A stretch of DNA of 64,000 nt, from positions 288,001-352,000 of the forward strand of contig CAVTHK010000001.1 of the NCBI GenBank assembly GCA_963734495.1, read 5' to 3'. Below the pieces are notes generated by a model. It saw nothing but the letters and a program-made list of their open reading frames with translations. It searched no databases and was not told the origin of the DNA. Source of the DNA: an uncultured Spirochaetota bacterium (GTDB taxonomy: Bacteria; Spirochaetota; Spirochaetia; SZUA-6; CAVTHK01). Made by a program: the position numbers and the translations under genes. This document shows positions 47,841-58,808 of the stretch, piece by piece. Each line of letters begins with the position of its first letter. Positions within the stretch are counted from its first letter, which is position 1.

Positions 47841-48878
47841 CTAACCAAGATAAGGATAGTCGCGGGCCACGAGACCGGCGTCCTTGAGCGCGGTCCAGAA
47901 CGGCGTGGGGACCTCGGCATCGGCGAGCGCGGCGTTGTCGGCCACGCGCTCGGCCCGGCTCGTGTTCAGCGAGACCGCGGCGACACCGGGGGGCGAGAGC
48001 GCGAACTGCACGCAGACGGCCGGCGCCGACACGCCGTGGCGCGCGCAGAGCGCGAGGAAGCGCTCGCGCCATTCGAACAGCGGCCGCTCGCGCGCGGGAT
48101 CCGGCCTGCGATAGTCGAAGAACTCGCCGCCGGTGAGGAAACCGGCGTGGAACACCGCCGAGTTCACGATCCCGACGCCCCGCTCGCGCAGGCGCTCCAC
48201 GAACGCGAGGAGCTCCGGCGGATGGCGATACACCGTGAGGCTGCACGCCAGCATCACCCAGTCGAGGTCGACGGCGTCGGCGATCTCCCGGATCACGGTC
48301 CAGTCCTTGCTCCCGACGCCGACGGCCCGCGCCTCGCCCCGGGAGCGGACCTCGCCTAACGCGTCGTAGGCGTCCCGCACGTCCGCGAAGCGTCGGCGGC
48401 GCTCGGCGCCGCCGCCCGCCGCCGCGAGGTATTCGTCGGGATCGTGCACCGAGACGAGGTCGGCGCGGAATCCCTCGCCGAGGAGGCTGTTGCCCTGCCG
48501 CCAGCACTCCACGATCCCCTCGCGGCCGATGCGCTGCTCCGCGTCGTGCGCGAGGCCCTTCCAGGCGCCCGGCTCGAACGTCGGCTCGCTGCCGCGCAGC
48601 GGGACGCGCAGCCACCCCAGCTTGTTGCTGATCAGCACATCCGCGGGCCGCGCGCCGAGGTCCCGCAGGGCCCCGCCCAGGGCCTCGAGCGCCAGCCCCG
48701 CCCCGTACTTGCCTGCCGAGTCGAAGACCACCGGCCGGCTCACACGGGCGAGGCACTCGCCGACGATCGCGCGCTTCGCCTCGAACGGGAGGGCCCGGTA
48801 CAGGTTGCCCAGGCTGCTCGTCCCGAAGATGACCGGCGGAACGGTGAGGCCCGTGCGGCCGAAAAGCCTGCGCGTCAT
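47841..48878 (-). CDS. Aldo/keto reductase (L-fucose/L-galactose dehydrogenase-like)
   Basis: FGTSSLGNLY, FDSAGKYGAGLA, ISNKLG and VSVHDPDEY motifs; ATG 48878 overlaps the LacI stop. Confidence 0.85.
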   Translation of the reverse strand: MTRRLFGRTGLTVPPVIFGTSSLGNLYRALPFEAKRAIVGECLARVSRPVVFDSAGKYGAGLALEALGGALRDLGARPADVLISNKLGWLRVPLRGSEPTFEPGAWKGLAHDAEQRIGREGIVECWRQGNSLLGEGFRADLVSVHDPDEYLAAAGGGAERRRRFADVRDAYDALGEVRSRGEARAVGVGSKDWTVIREIADAVDLDWVMLACSLTVYRHPPELLAFVERLRERGVGIVNSAVFHAGFLTGGEFFDYRRPDPARERPLFEWRERFLALCARHGVSAPAVCVQFALSPPGVAAVSLNTSRAERVADNAALADAEVPTPFWTALKDAGLVARDYPYLG

Positions 48879-49876
48879 CGGATCGCCCCCACGGACTCGT
48901 GCACGTGCAGCTCCGCCTGCAGCCGCACCGTTCGGGGGAAACCGCCCCACTCTCCAGCCATGCGGCGCGCGAGAAGCTCCTCCACGGTGCTCGCAATCTC
49001 CCGCAGGGGCTGCGCCACCACGGTGAGCCGCGGCTTGAAGATCATGGCGAGCTCCAGGCTGTCGAAGCCCACCAGCGAGAGATCGCGCGGCACCCGCAAC
49101 CCCCGTTCGTTCAACGCCATGATGCACCCCAGCGTCATCTCGTAGTTGGTCGTGTAGATCGCGGTCGGCTGCGGGCGCGCGTCGAGCAGAGCGAGCGCGG
49201 CGCGGTGGCCTCCGGCCACGGTGTAAGCGCCGTTGCTGACCAGAGCGGCGCGGGGGGTCACGCCCGCGTCGCGAAGGGCGGCGTTGAACCCCGCGAGCCG
49301 GCGGCCCGCCGTGTAGACGCTTCGCGGCCCCACGATGATGCCGAGGCGTCGGTGCCCGCGCTCGAGCAAGTGCGCGGCCACGGCCCGCGAGGCGGCCTCG
49401 TTGTCGATGACCGCGGCGTCGACGGCCGCGGCCGAGAGAAGCCGGTCGAAAAGCACGAGCGGGAACCGCCTCGCGGCGAGGGCGGCGAGCGCGGGCTGGT
49501 TCCGCCGGCACGGCACCGCGACGAGGCCGTCGATGCGCCTGCTGAGCAGGAAGTCGAGCTTGCTTTCAAAGGTTCGCGCGTCGTCGCGGTAGTCGCACAC
49601 GACCGTCGTATATCCCCGGCTCTGCGCGAAGCTCTCCACGTGCGACGCGATCGTCGCGAAGAACACGCCCTCGAGCCGCGGGATGAGCACGCCGATGCTC
49701 ATCGAGCGGTTGATCTTGAGCCCTCGCGCCAGGTCGTTCCGTCGGAAGGCCAGCCGCTTGATGACCCGCTCGAGGCTGGCACGGTTGGCGGGAAGCACGC
49801 TGCCGCCGTTGATGTACTTCGAAACGGTGGCGATCGACAGTCCGGCGAGCGCCGCCACGTCCTTGATGGTGGAAAT
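48875..49876 (-). CDS. LacI family transcriptional regulator (start is ATT 49876 or GTG 49960)
   Basis: STIKDVAALAGLSIATVSKYING HTH, ARGLK hinge and VPRDLSLVGFD. Confidence 0.9.
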   Translation of the reverse strand: MSTIKDVAALAGLSIATVSKYINGGSVLPANRASLERVIKRLAFRRNDLARGLKINRSMSIGVLIPRLEGVFFATIASHVESFAQSRGYTTVVCDYRDDARTFESKLDFLLSRRIDGLVAVPCRRNQPALAALAARRFPLVLFDRLLSAAAVDAAVIDNEAASRAVAAHLLERGHRRLGIIVGPRSVYTAGRRLAGFNAALRDAGVTPRAALVSNGAYTVAGGHRAALALLDARPQPTAIYTTNYEMTLGCIMALNERGLRVPRDLSLVGFDSLELAMIFKPRLTVVAQPLREIASTVEELLARRMAGEWGGFPRTVRLQAELHVHESVGAIR

Positions 49877-49956
49877 GGAAGGGTCCTCCGCGGGGAATCC
49901 GGCGCGGGCGGGGCGGCAGGCCGCGCACAGCCGCCCGCGCCCCGCCCCGCCGGCGC

Positions 49957-51591
49957 TCACAGCGTCAGCAGCGAGTCCAGCTTGACCTGCTCCTCGCCGA
50001 GCTGCACCTCGACCACGGTCGCGATCGTGTCGGGGATCCGCTCAGGCCGGTCGATGACCAGGCGGTGCTGCTTCTGCGACTTGTTCAATACCGTGGCGTA
50101 CTTCACGGTGGCCGAAGGGTCGGCGAGCAGGCGAACGGCCTTTATGCTGTTCGCAAGCCCGTGGATCGTGAGCCTGTGGGGCCAGTCGAACACGTGCAGG
50201 AAGAGGCGTCCCGGTTTGAATGTCACCCCGCCCCAGCTCGACGGGTCGTAGGGAAGCACGGGCGCCGGCCTGGTGCCGTAGATCGCCTCGCCGCTCGCGG
50301 TCACCCAGCGGCCGACGTCGCGAAGAATCCGCACGCTCGGCTCCGGGATGACGCCCTCGGCCGTCGGGCCCACGTTGAGCAGGTAGTTGCCCCCGCGGCC
50401 GTTGATCATGACGAGCAGCCGCGCGACTCGCTCGGCGCTTTTCCAGTTGTGGTCGAAGCTCTTGAATCCCCAGGTGTCGTTGAGCGTCGCCGGGATCTCC
50501 CAGTCGCGGTCCAGAGGCAGGCTCGGGATCAGGTTGTCCCCGGTGTTGATGTAATCGCCGCACTGGTTTCCGATCCGGCCGTTGACGAGGCAGGACGGCT
50601 GGATCTCCTTGACGAACCGGTAGAGCTGCTGGCTGTACTTGAGCTCGACGTTCATCGGCGTGTCGAACCAGATCATGCCGATGTCGCCGTACTGCGTGAG
50701 CAGCTCCCGAACCTGCGGCTTGCACTTGGCCTCGAAGTAGCGGCCGTAATCCTTGGCCTTCTCATCGGGCCAGTCCCACGTGTTGCCGACGGCGTCCTTC
50801 TCGTGCCAGTCCTGGACCTGGGAATAGTAGAAGCAGAGCTTCAGCCCCGCATCGCGGCACGCCTGCGCGAGGTCGACCATCGGGTCGCGCCTAAAGGGCG
50901 TCGCGTCCACGATGTTGTAGGGCGAGCAGCGGGAGCGGTACATCGCGAAGCCGTCATGGTGCTTGGCGGTGATCGTGACGTACTTCATGCCGGCGTCTTT
51001 CGCCAGGCGCACCCACTCGCGGGCGTCGAACCGCACCGGGTTGAACTGGCCGGCGATCTTCTCGTAATCGGCGACCGGGATCTTGCCGTCGTGCATGATC
51101 CACTCGCCGATGTTCGGCGTCTGCCAGCCCTTCCATTCGCCGGCGAGCACAGAGTAGAGACCCCAATGGATGAACAGGCCGTAGCGCGCCTCGCGCCACC
51201 ACCGGATCGCCCGCTCGGCCGCGGGGTCCAGCGCCTTCTTCGCCGGGGCCGCCGGCGCGGGCTTCGCAGCCGGCCGGACAGGCGCCCTTACCGCCTTTGC
51301 CGCGCGCACCGGCCTGGCGGGGCGGCTCGCCTTTCGCTTCGCGGCGGGTCTGGCTGCGCGGCGCGGGCGCCGGGCCGCCGCCTTGCGGGTGGCCGCCTTG
51401 CGGGCCGGCGCCTTGCGGGCCGGCCGGGCCTTCGCGCGCCGGGCCGGCGCGGCCTTCCGCGCGGCTCGCCTCGCGGCCTTCCTCGGGGCTGCCTTTCGCG
51501 CCTTTCGCGCACTCCTCGCCGGCTTCGCGGCTCGCCTCGCCTTCGCGGCCTTCGCGGGCCGCTTCGCTCTCGATGCCTTCTTCTTTGCCAT
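49957..51591 (-). CDS. GH29 alpha-L-fucosidase with an N-terminal Lys/Arg/Ala/Pro-rich extension
   Basis: WWREARYGLFIHWG, TAKHHDGF, IWFD nucleophile, LLNVGP and GEAIYGT motifs; AGGAGG RBS 7 nt before ATG 51591. Confidence 0.92.
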   Translation of the reverse strand: MAKKKASRAKRPAKAAKARRAAKPARSARKARKAAPRKAARRAARKAAPARRAKARPARKAPARKAATRKAAARRPRRAARPAAKRKASRPARPVRAAKAVRAPVRPAAKPAPAAPAKKALDPAAERAIRWWREARYGLFIHWGLYSVLAGEWKGWQTPNIGEWIMHDGKIPVADYEKIAGQFNPVRFDAREWVRLAKDAGMKYVTITAKHHDGFAMYRSRCSPYNIVDATPFRRDPMVDLAQACRDAGLKLCFYYSQVQDWHEKDAVGNTWDWPDEKAKDYGRYFEAKCKPQVRELLTQYGDIGMIWFDTPMNVELKYSQQLYRFVKEIQPSCLVNGRIGNQCGDYINTGDNLIPSLPLDRDWEIPATLNDTWGFKSFDHNWKSAERVARLLVMINGRGGNYLLNVGPTAEGVIPEPSVRILRDVGRWVTASGEAIYGTRPAPVLPYDPSSWGGVTFKPGRLFLHVFDWPHRLTIHGLANSIKAVRLLADPSATVKYATVLNKSQKQHRLVIDRPERIPDTIATVVEVQLGEEQVKLDSLLTL

Positions 51592-51650
51592 TCTGTTACC
51601 TCCTCACGTCTTCCTGCGGCGCGGCGCCGCAAGACGTGTGTCGTTGCGCT

Positions 51651-52699
<1,049 letters not shown>

Positions 52700-52703
<4 letters not shown>

Positions 52704-53809
52704 GCTTCGCCTCCCCCAGCGACGTCGATCGGCGCAGCCGGCGCTCTGTGCACCCGCGCCTTGCGCCCCCCGCCGGCAGGCTCCGCCGCGCGCGGCTCCT
52801 CGTCGGGACCATGGAGGAAGCAGCGCACCCGGTGCCCGCCCGCGCCGCCCCCGCCCTCCCGGCCGACGAGCGCCGGCACCGCCTTGTCGCAGCGGCCTTC
52901 GATCCGATCGGGGCAGCGGCTCCAGAACCCGCACTGCCACGGCGGGTTCAGCGGCATCGGCACGGTGCCTTTGATCGCCTCCAGCCGCACGCGCGCCTTG
53001 CGCCCCAGCTTCGGGATGCTCTTGAGCAGCAGGCTCGTGTACGGGTGCAGCGGGTTCTTGAAGATGTCGTGCGCCGTCCCCTGCTCGACCACGCGGCCGA
53101 GGTACATCACCGCGACCTCGTCGGCGATCTCCGCGATCACCCCCAGGTCGTGGGTGATGTAGAGAACGCTCATGCCCAGCGCCTCCTGCAGCTCCTTGAT
53201 CAGCTCCAGGATCTGCGCCTGCACCGTGACGTCGAGCGCGGTGGTGGGCTCGTCGGCGATCAGCAGCGCCGGGTGGCAGGAGAGCGCCATCGCGATCATT
53301 GCCCGCTGCCGCATGCCGCCGGAGAGCTGGTGCGGGTACTCCTGGAAGCGCTGAGCCGGGTTGCTGATCCCCACGCGCGCCAGCATCTCGATCGCGATCT
53401 CGCGGGCCTGGAACTTGTCCTGCGTCCGGTGGAGCAGGATCGCCTCCATGACCTGGTTGCCGATCGTGTGCACGGGAGACAGCGACGTCATCGGCTCCTG
53501 GAAGATCATCGAGATGTCCTTGCCGCGGATGGCGCGAATCTCCGCCCCGCGGCCGTCAAGGGAGGCGAGGTCGACCGGCACGCCGTTGTCCCGCGAGAAC
53601 ATGATGCGGCCCTGCACGATACGGCCCGGCGCCGGGACGATGCGCAGGACGCTCTGGGCAGTCACGCTCTTGCCGCAGCCGCTTTCCCCGATGATTCCGA
53701 GGGTGCGCTTCTGGCCCACGGACAGGCTGACGCCGTCGACGGCCTTGAGCGTGCCTTCCTCGAGCGCGAACCAGGTGCGCAGCTCTTCGATCTCGACGAC
53801 GTTGTTCAT
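52700..53809 (-). CDS. Oligopeptide-type ABC transporter ATP-binding subunit (OppD-like)
   Basis: [18 protein letters not shown] and ADEPTTALD motifs; start ATG 53809. Confidence 0.93.
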
Positions 53810-53820
53810 GCGCCCTCCGC

Positions 53821-54942
53821 CTATCGGTACGGGTCTGCCGCGTCGCGCAGCCCGTCTCCAATAAAGCTGAACATCAGAACCGCCAGCACGACGAACAGAC
53901 CGGGAATGAGCTGCCAGGGTCTCTGCGCGACCGCGCCGATGTCCTGCGCATCCCTGAGCAACACCCCCCAGCTCACAGCCGGCGGCTGCATGCCCAGACC
54001 GAGAAAGCTCAAGCTTGTCTCGCCGAGGATTGTCGACGGTATGGCGAGCGTAATGTGCACTATGAGGTAGCTCATGAAATTGGGCAGAAGGTGACGCGCA
54101 ATGATCCACGACTGCGACGAGCCGGAGATGCGGGCGGCCAGCACAAAGTCCTCCTGGCGCAGCGAGAGCAGCTTGCCGCGGATGATCCGTGCGAGGCCCG
54201 CCCACCCCACGACCGCGAGCACCAGCGTGATGGCGAAGTAGGTCTGCGTCACCGACCAGTGGCGCGGGATGGCCGCGGCCAGCGCCATCCACAGCGGGAT
54301 CGTCGGCATCGAGAGAAGCACCTCGATCGTCCGCTGGATGACGTCGTCGATCACGCCGCCGAGATACCCGGAGATCCCGCCGAGGGTGCAGCCGAGGACG
54401 AAGCTCAGAAACACGCCGCCGAAGCCTATGAACAGCGAGATCCTCGCCCCGTAGAGCGTGCGCGAGAACAGGTCGCGGCCGAGACGGTCGCTGCCGAACA
54501 GCAGCACCGGCATGTCGCCTTCGGTGCCGAAGAAACGCAGCCTGGTCCGGAACAGCCCCAGGAACTTGTACTCGTCGCCCTGCACCAAGAGCCTGATCGG
54601 ATGCACCCGCTCGGTGTCCTCCGTGAATTGCACGCGGAAGTTCGCCGGGTTGACCTTGCGCGTAAAGCCGTAGATGAACGGCGCCTGCAGCCCCTTGCCC
54701 GCTGTGGTGATGTGGATCCGCGTCGGCGGCGCGTTCTCGTATCCGGTAAATCGGTGGTCTCTTTCGTAAGGGACAAAGAAATCGGCCAGGATCGAGACGA
54801 AGTACATCAACGCCAGCAGGACGATCGAAGCCACGGCGACCTTGTGCTTGCGGAAGCGCCACCATATGAGCTGGCCCTGCGACGCGGTGTACCACTGCTC
54901 GGTAAAGGTCTGTTCTGCGACCTGAGTGCTGCTGTCGCTCAT
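53821..54942 (-). CDS. Oligopeptide-type ABC transporter permease (OppC-like)
   Basis: FGSDRLGRDLFSR, ETSLSFLGLG and GDGLRDAADPY motifs. Confidence 0.93.
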   Translation of the reverse strand: MSDSSTQVAEQTFTEQWYTASQGQLIWWRFRKHKVAVASIVLLALMYFVSILADFFVPYERDHRFTGYENAPPTRIHITTAGKGLQAPFIYGFTRKVNPANFRVQFTEDTERVHPIRLLVQGDEYKFLGLFRTRLRFFGTEGDMPVLLFGSDRLGRDLFSRTLYGARISLFIGFGGVFLSFVLGCTLGGISGYLGGVIDDVIQRTIEVLLSMPTIPLWMALAAAIPRHWSVTQTYFAITLVLAVVGWAGLARIIRGKLLSLRQEDFVLAARISGSSQSWIIARHLLPNFMSYLIVHITLAIPSTILGETSLSFLGLGMQPPAVSWGVLLRDAQDIGAVAQRPWQLIPGLFVVLAVLMFSFIGDGLRDAADPYR

Positions 54943-54954
54943 CGCAAGTCCCTC

Positions 54955-55953
54955 TCACGCGCTCGCGGCGCCGTAGCGGATGCGCGGGTCCAGCCAGGCG
55001 AGAAGCAGGTCGGAGAGGAAGGTCCCGATCACGGTGAGCACGCTCAGGATCAGGACGATGCTCCCCGCCAGGAACATGTCCTGAGCGAGCGTGGCTTTCA
55101 GCAGGATGGGCCCGACGGTCTGCAGGTTCAGCACGATGCCGACGATGACCTGCCCCGAGATCAGGGAGGGCAGCAGCCACCCGATGGTGCTGAAGATCGG
55201 GTTCATGGCTATCCGGATCGGGTACTTCATGAGCAGCCGCCCCTCGGCGACGCCTTTGGCGCGCGCGGTCACGACGTACTGCTTGCGCAGCTCGTCGAGC
55301 AGCGTGGCGCGGAGCACCCTGATAAGGCCCGCCGTGCCCGAAGCGGCGACGATGACGACGGGCAGCCACGCGTTGCTCAGCAGGTTGCCGATCTTGGCGA
55401 GCGACCACGGCGCGTCGGCGAACTGAGGCGAAAACAGGCTCGTGATCGCCATGCCCGTCAGGGCATACACCCCCCACATCATCACGAGCGCGATCAGGAA
55501 CGCCGGCGTCGCAAGCCCTATGAACCCGAGAAACGAAAAGAAATAGTCGACAAAGGAATACTGCCGGGTTGCGGACACGATCGCGATCGGGATGGAGGTC
55601 ATCCAGACGATCACGAGGCTGGCCAGCGACAGCGCCACCGTGATGGGCAGCCGCTCACCGAGGACTTCGTTGACGGGCTTCTGCCACAGGAAGGACCAGC
55701 CGAGGTTCCCACGCAGTACGATGCCACCTATCCAGCGGAAGTACTGCTCGTGAAAGGGCCGGTCCAGGCCGAACTGGATCGTCAGCGACTTGATCTCGCC
55801 CTCGGTGACCTCGACACCCGAAGAGCGCAGCGCGTTGATGTATGTCGTGAGGTAGTCGCCCGGAGGGAGCTGGATCACGACGAACGAGATGACCGAGATC
55901 AGAATGAGCAGCGGCACCATGATGACCAGCCGCCGGAGAATGAAGGCTCCCAT
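54955..55953 (-). CDS. Oligopeptide-type ABC transporter permease (OppB-like)
   Basis: IQLPPGD, YVVTARAKG and LDPRIR motifs. Confidence 0.93.
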   Translation of the reverse strand: MGAFILRRLVIMVPLLILISVISFVVIQLPPGDYLTTYINALRSSGVEVTEGEIKSLTIQFGLDRPFHEQYFRWIGGIVLRGNLGWSFLWQKPVNEVLGERLPITVALSLASLVIVWMTSIPIAIVSATRQYSFVDYFFSFLGFIGLATPAFLIALVMMWGVYALTGMAITSLFSPQFADAPWSLAKIGNLLSNAWLPVVIVAASGTAGLIRVLRATLLDELRKQYVVTARAKGVAEGRLLMKYPIRIAMNPIFSTIGWLLPSLISGQVIVGIVLNLQTVGPILLKATLAQDMFLAGSIVLILSVLTVIGTFLSDLLLAWLDPRIRYGAASA

Positions 55954-56037
55954 CGGATGACCCCTTTGACAGTCGGGAGAACAAGACGCCCGGGGCGCGG
56001 CCTGGCCGGTCGCGGCCCCGGGCGTGCCTGCACGCTC

Positions 56038-57990
56038 CTACTTGTAGTAGTAGATCTCCGCGGCGAACTGCGTGGCCGATGAGCGGCCCTTGGTCGCCAG
56101 GTTGCCCAGGTTGACGGGTACCACCATGGGGGAGACCACGTCACGCGCCACCGGGAACATCGGGATGTACTCCATCATCCACGCGGCGAATTTCTTTTCC
56201 GCGGCGGCCGCCCGCTCGGAGCCGGGCTTCACGGCGCGCAGCTCTTCGTCTATCTTGTAGAGCTCCTTGATCCAGTCAGGCGGCTCGATGCCCTCCTTGC
56301 CGTTGGTGAAGATCCAGTTGTGCCACTTGATGCCCCACATGCAGCGCTGCTCGCCGGTGTAGTCGTACTTGAGGTACGGCCAGTTCACGTCGTCGAGCCA
56401 GTCGATGGTGGCATAGAGCTCGCTCGCGTTCCTCCGCTGCGTCCACAACGCGTTGTCGAGCTTTTTCATCGGGACCCGGAGGCCCAGCTTCTCGATGTCC
56501 GCGCGCATCACCTCGGACATCCGCTGCCAGTCCGCCGCCTCCTCCTTGTACTCGAAGATGAAATCGAAGCGTTTGCCGTTGGGGGCGAGGCGATAGCCAT
56601 CGGCGTCCCTCTTGTTCATGCCCATCTCGTCGAGGAGCGCGTTCGCCTTGGCGACGTTGTATTCCTGCGGGAACCACGGCTCGCGCTTGCCCATGCCGAG
56701 GAACACCGTGTCGAGCAGCCCCTTGGTGTTCATGCCCAGGTTGATGGCCTGGCGGAACTTCTTGTTGAGCACCACCTCGGTCCAGAGCGTGTCGCTGTTG
56801 TTGTAGTTCAGGAACAGAGCGACCGGCGCGTTGTGATAGGTGAAGTTGAGGTTCACCTTGTAGTTGCCCTTGGCCTCGTTGTCCTTGAGCAGGGGGACCT
56901 TGTCGTGGACAATGAGGTCGCGGTTCAGGTTGACCTCGCCGGCGATGACCTTGAGCGGGATGACCTCGGGGTCGGCAACGATGACAGCCTCGTACCGATC
57001 GACGTACGGCAGCTGGTTGCCGGCCATGTCGACCTTGTAGTAATAGGGGTTCCGCTCCATGATCATGCGGTCAGCGGTGAACTTGGCAGGCACCCACGGG
57101 CCGAGCGTCGGGAACCCGGCCGCGTTCGCGTTGGTGACCTCGCTCCACAGGATATCCTTGGCCTGGAACAGCCGGAACCACTCTTTGTCGGTGAGGTTCG
57201 CAGCCTTGAGGTCGGCGGCCATCTGCGCCACCGGCGTGTACTTGGTGTGGAACTTCTTGAGGTAGTGGGCCGGCTTCATGATGTCGGTGTAGCTGCCCCA
57301 CAGGTTGCCGAGCCCGAGGATGTCGAAGAAACGCCCGTAAGGCTGGGCGAATGTCATGCGGAACGTGTACTGGTCCAGGATCTCGAGCTTCATCGGCTCC
57401 GCGCCCGCCTTGCCGCCCGCCCGGTAGTTGGACGGCAGGATCGGCGTGATCTCCTTGTTGAGCATCACGTCGTCCCAGCCGAAGCGGACATCGTCAGTGG
57501 TGACTGGCTCCCCGTCCGACCACCTGAGGCCCTTGCGGATCGTCAGCGTGAAGACGGTGTTGTCGTCGTTGACCGAGAAGCTCTCCGCGATGTTGCCGAA
57601 GATGGGGCCCGTGGTGTGCGCGGGGCTCCCGAGCCAGTTCTCCATGGCCGCATCGCGGAGGTTCCAGTCGAGCGACGAGTTCGTCGTGATCGACTTGAAG
57701 GACGGTCCGCCGTACTTGCCGATCTCGACCTTGAGGTCTTCGCCCTTCACGAGCGTGTTCTGCTCGACGACGAACGGCTTGTCCGGCAGGCGCTTTTCCA
57801 CCGGCGGCAACTTGCCGGCTTTGACCAGCTCTGCCAGCACCGGCGCCTCCTTGTACTTGCCCCCCGGCGCAGCCGCGGCCGAGGGCTGCGTCGTGCCGGC
57901 CGCTCCCTTTCCGGGCTCCGTGGTACCGCCGGCCCACACGCCGGGCAGGAGCACGAGAGCGAGGAAAAGGGATAGGATCAGTTTTCTCAT
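56038..57990 (-). CDS. Family-5 ABC substrate-binding protein (probably oligosaccharide-binding)
   Basis: Signal peptide; GKLPPVEKRLP, IGKYGG, GLRWSDGEPVT and RNPYYYKVD.AGNQLPY motifs. Confidence 0.92.
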   Translation of the reverse strand: MRKLILSLFLALVLLPGVWAGGTTEPGKGAAGTTQPSAAAAPGGKYKEAPVLAELVKAGKLPPVEKRLPDKPFVVEQNTLVKGEDLKVEIGKYGGPSFKSITTNSSLDWNLRDAAMENWLGSPAHTTGPIFGNIAESFSVNDDNTVFTLTIRKGLRWSDGEPVTTDDVRFGWDDVMLNKEITPILPSNYRAGGKAGAEPMKLEILDQYTFRMTFAQPYGRFFDILGLGNLWGSYTDIMKPAHYLKKFHTKYTPVAQMAADLKAANLTDKEWFRLFQAKDILWSEVTNANAAGFPTLGPWVPAKFTADRMIMERNPYYYKVDMAGNQLPYVDRYEAVIVADPEVIPLKVIAGEVNLNRDLIVHDKVPLLKDNEAKGNYKVNLNFTYHNAPVALFLNYNNSDTLWTEVVLNKKFRQAINLGMNTKGLLDTVFLGMGKREPWFPQEYNVAKANALLDEMGMNKRDADGYRLAPNGKRFDFIFEYKEEAADWQRMSEVMRADIEKLGLRVPMKKLDNALWTQRRNASELYATIDWLDDVNWPYLKYDYTGEQRCMWGIKWHNWIFTNGKEGIEPPDWIKELYKIDEELRAVKPGSERAAAAEKKFAAWMMEYIPMFPVARDVVSPMVVPVNLGNLATKGRSSATQFAAEIYYYK

Positions 57991-58003
57991 TGTGACCTCC
58001 TGT

Positions 58004-58017
58004 GCGAAACGTTTCGC
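58004..58017. promoter_or_regulatory. LacI-family operator
   Basis: Perfect 14-bp palindrome GCGAAACGTTTCGC with central CG, between the promoter and RBS of the SBP gene. Confidence 0.75.
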
Positions 58018-58023
58018 CCCCGG

Positions 58024-58052
58024 ATTATCAGGCCGGCCTTAAAAGAAGTCAA
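58024..58052 (-). promoter_or_regulatory. Sigma70-type promoter of the Opp/fucosidase operon
   Basis: TTGACT-N17-GATAAT on the minus strand. Confidence 0.7.
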
Positions 58053-58085
58053 ACGGAGAATCCGGCCGGGCGGACGCGGCCACGG

Positions 58086-58114
58086 TTGACATGCGCATCA
58101 CATGCAAATATGTT
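58086..58114 (+). promoter_or_regulatory. Promoter of the vapBC module (leaderless geometry)
   Basis: TTGACA-N17-TATGTT, with ATG 6 nt downstream and no SD. Confidence 0.7.
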
Positions 58115-58120
58115 CTCAAC

Positions 58121-58348
58121 ATGAAGATGATCCAGATCCGGAACGTGCCGGACTCACTGCACCGGACGCTCAAGTCGCGCGCCGCGCTCGCGGGAATGTC
58201 GCTCTCCGATTACCTGCGCGAGGAGATCGAGCGCGTGGCGCAGCGCCCCACAGTCGATGAGCTGCGCCGGCGGCTTGCCACGAGAAAGCCGACGGCCCCG
58301 GCGCAGTCGGCGGCGGATGCCGTGCGCGCGGAGAGGGACTCCCGGTGA
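58121..58348 (+). CDS. Ribbon-helix-helix antitoxin (FitA/VapB-like)
   Basis: IQIRNVPDSLHRTLKSRAALAGMSLSDYL; GTGA overlap with the PIN gene. Confidence 0.88.
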   Translation: MKMIQIRNVPDSLHRTLKSRAALAGMSLSDYLREEIERVAQRPTVDELRRRLATRKPTAPAQSAADAVRAERDSR

Positions 58349-58740
58349 CCGTCGTCGACGCCTCGGCCGTGATCGAACTGCTGCTGCGGACGCCGCTCGG
58401 CGTGCTGTGCATCGATCGGCTGCTGCGGCCCGGTGAGCTTCTGTGCTCGCCTCACCTGATCGACGTGGAGGTCCTTCAGGTCCTCCGCAGGTATGCGGCG
58501 CACGCGGAGCTCTCTGACGATCGGGGGGATGAGGCCCGGCAGGACCTCGCGGACCTGCCCCTGCAGCGATACCCGCACCAGCCGCTTCTCGCGAGGATCT
58601 GGGAGCTGCGCCGCTCTCTCTCGGCTTACGACGCCGCTTACGTGGCGCTGGCGGAGGCCCTCGACGCCCCGCTCGTAACCTGCGACGGCCGTCTCGGCCG
58701 CGCTCACGGCCACGGGGCTCGGATCGAGGTGCTTTCATAG
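58345..58740 (+). CDS. vapC: PIN-domain toxin, VapC family
   Basis: VVDASA, DVEV, LSAYDAAYVALAE and LVTCD acidic residues. Confidence 0.92.
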   Translation: MTVVDASAVIELLLRTPLGVLCIDRLLRPGELLCSPHLIDVEVLQVLRRYAAHAELSDDRGDEARQDLADLPLQRYPHQPLLARIWELRRSLSAYDAAYVALAEALDAPLVTCDGRLGRAHGHGARIEVLS

Positions 58741-58808
58741 GTCTCCGATCTGCACGCGCCGAATGCGCTGTCTTTGCGCCCGAAACGCTCGTCGCTTAGA
58801 ATGGCTGC

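Noticed and set aside
47441-47920. Repeat-encoded peptide ORFs (LVTSQVPSPRGALRDV and others)
   Set aside because: Open frames arise because 48 is a multiple of 3 and the unit is GC-rich; they overlap real genes and lack an SD
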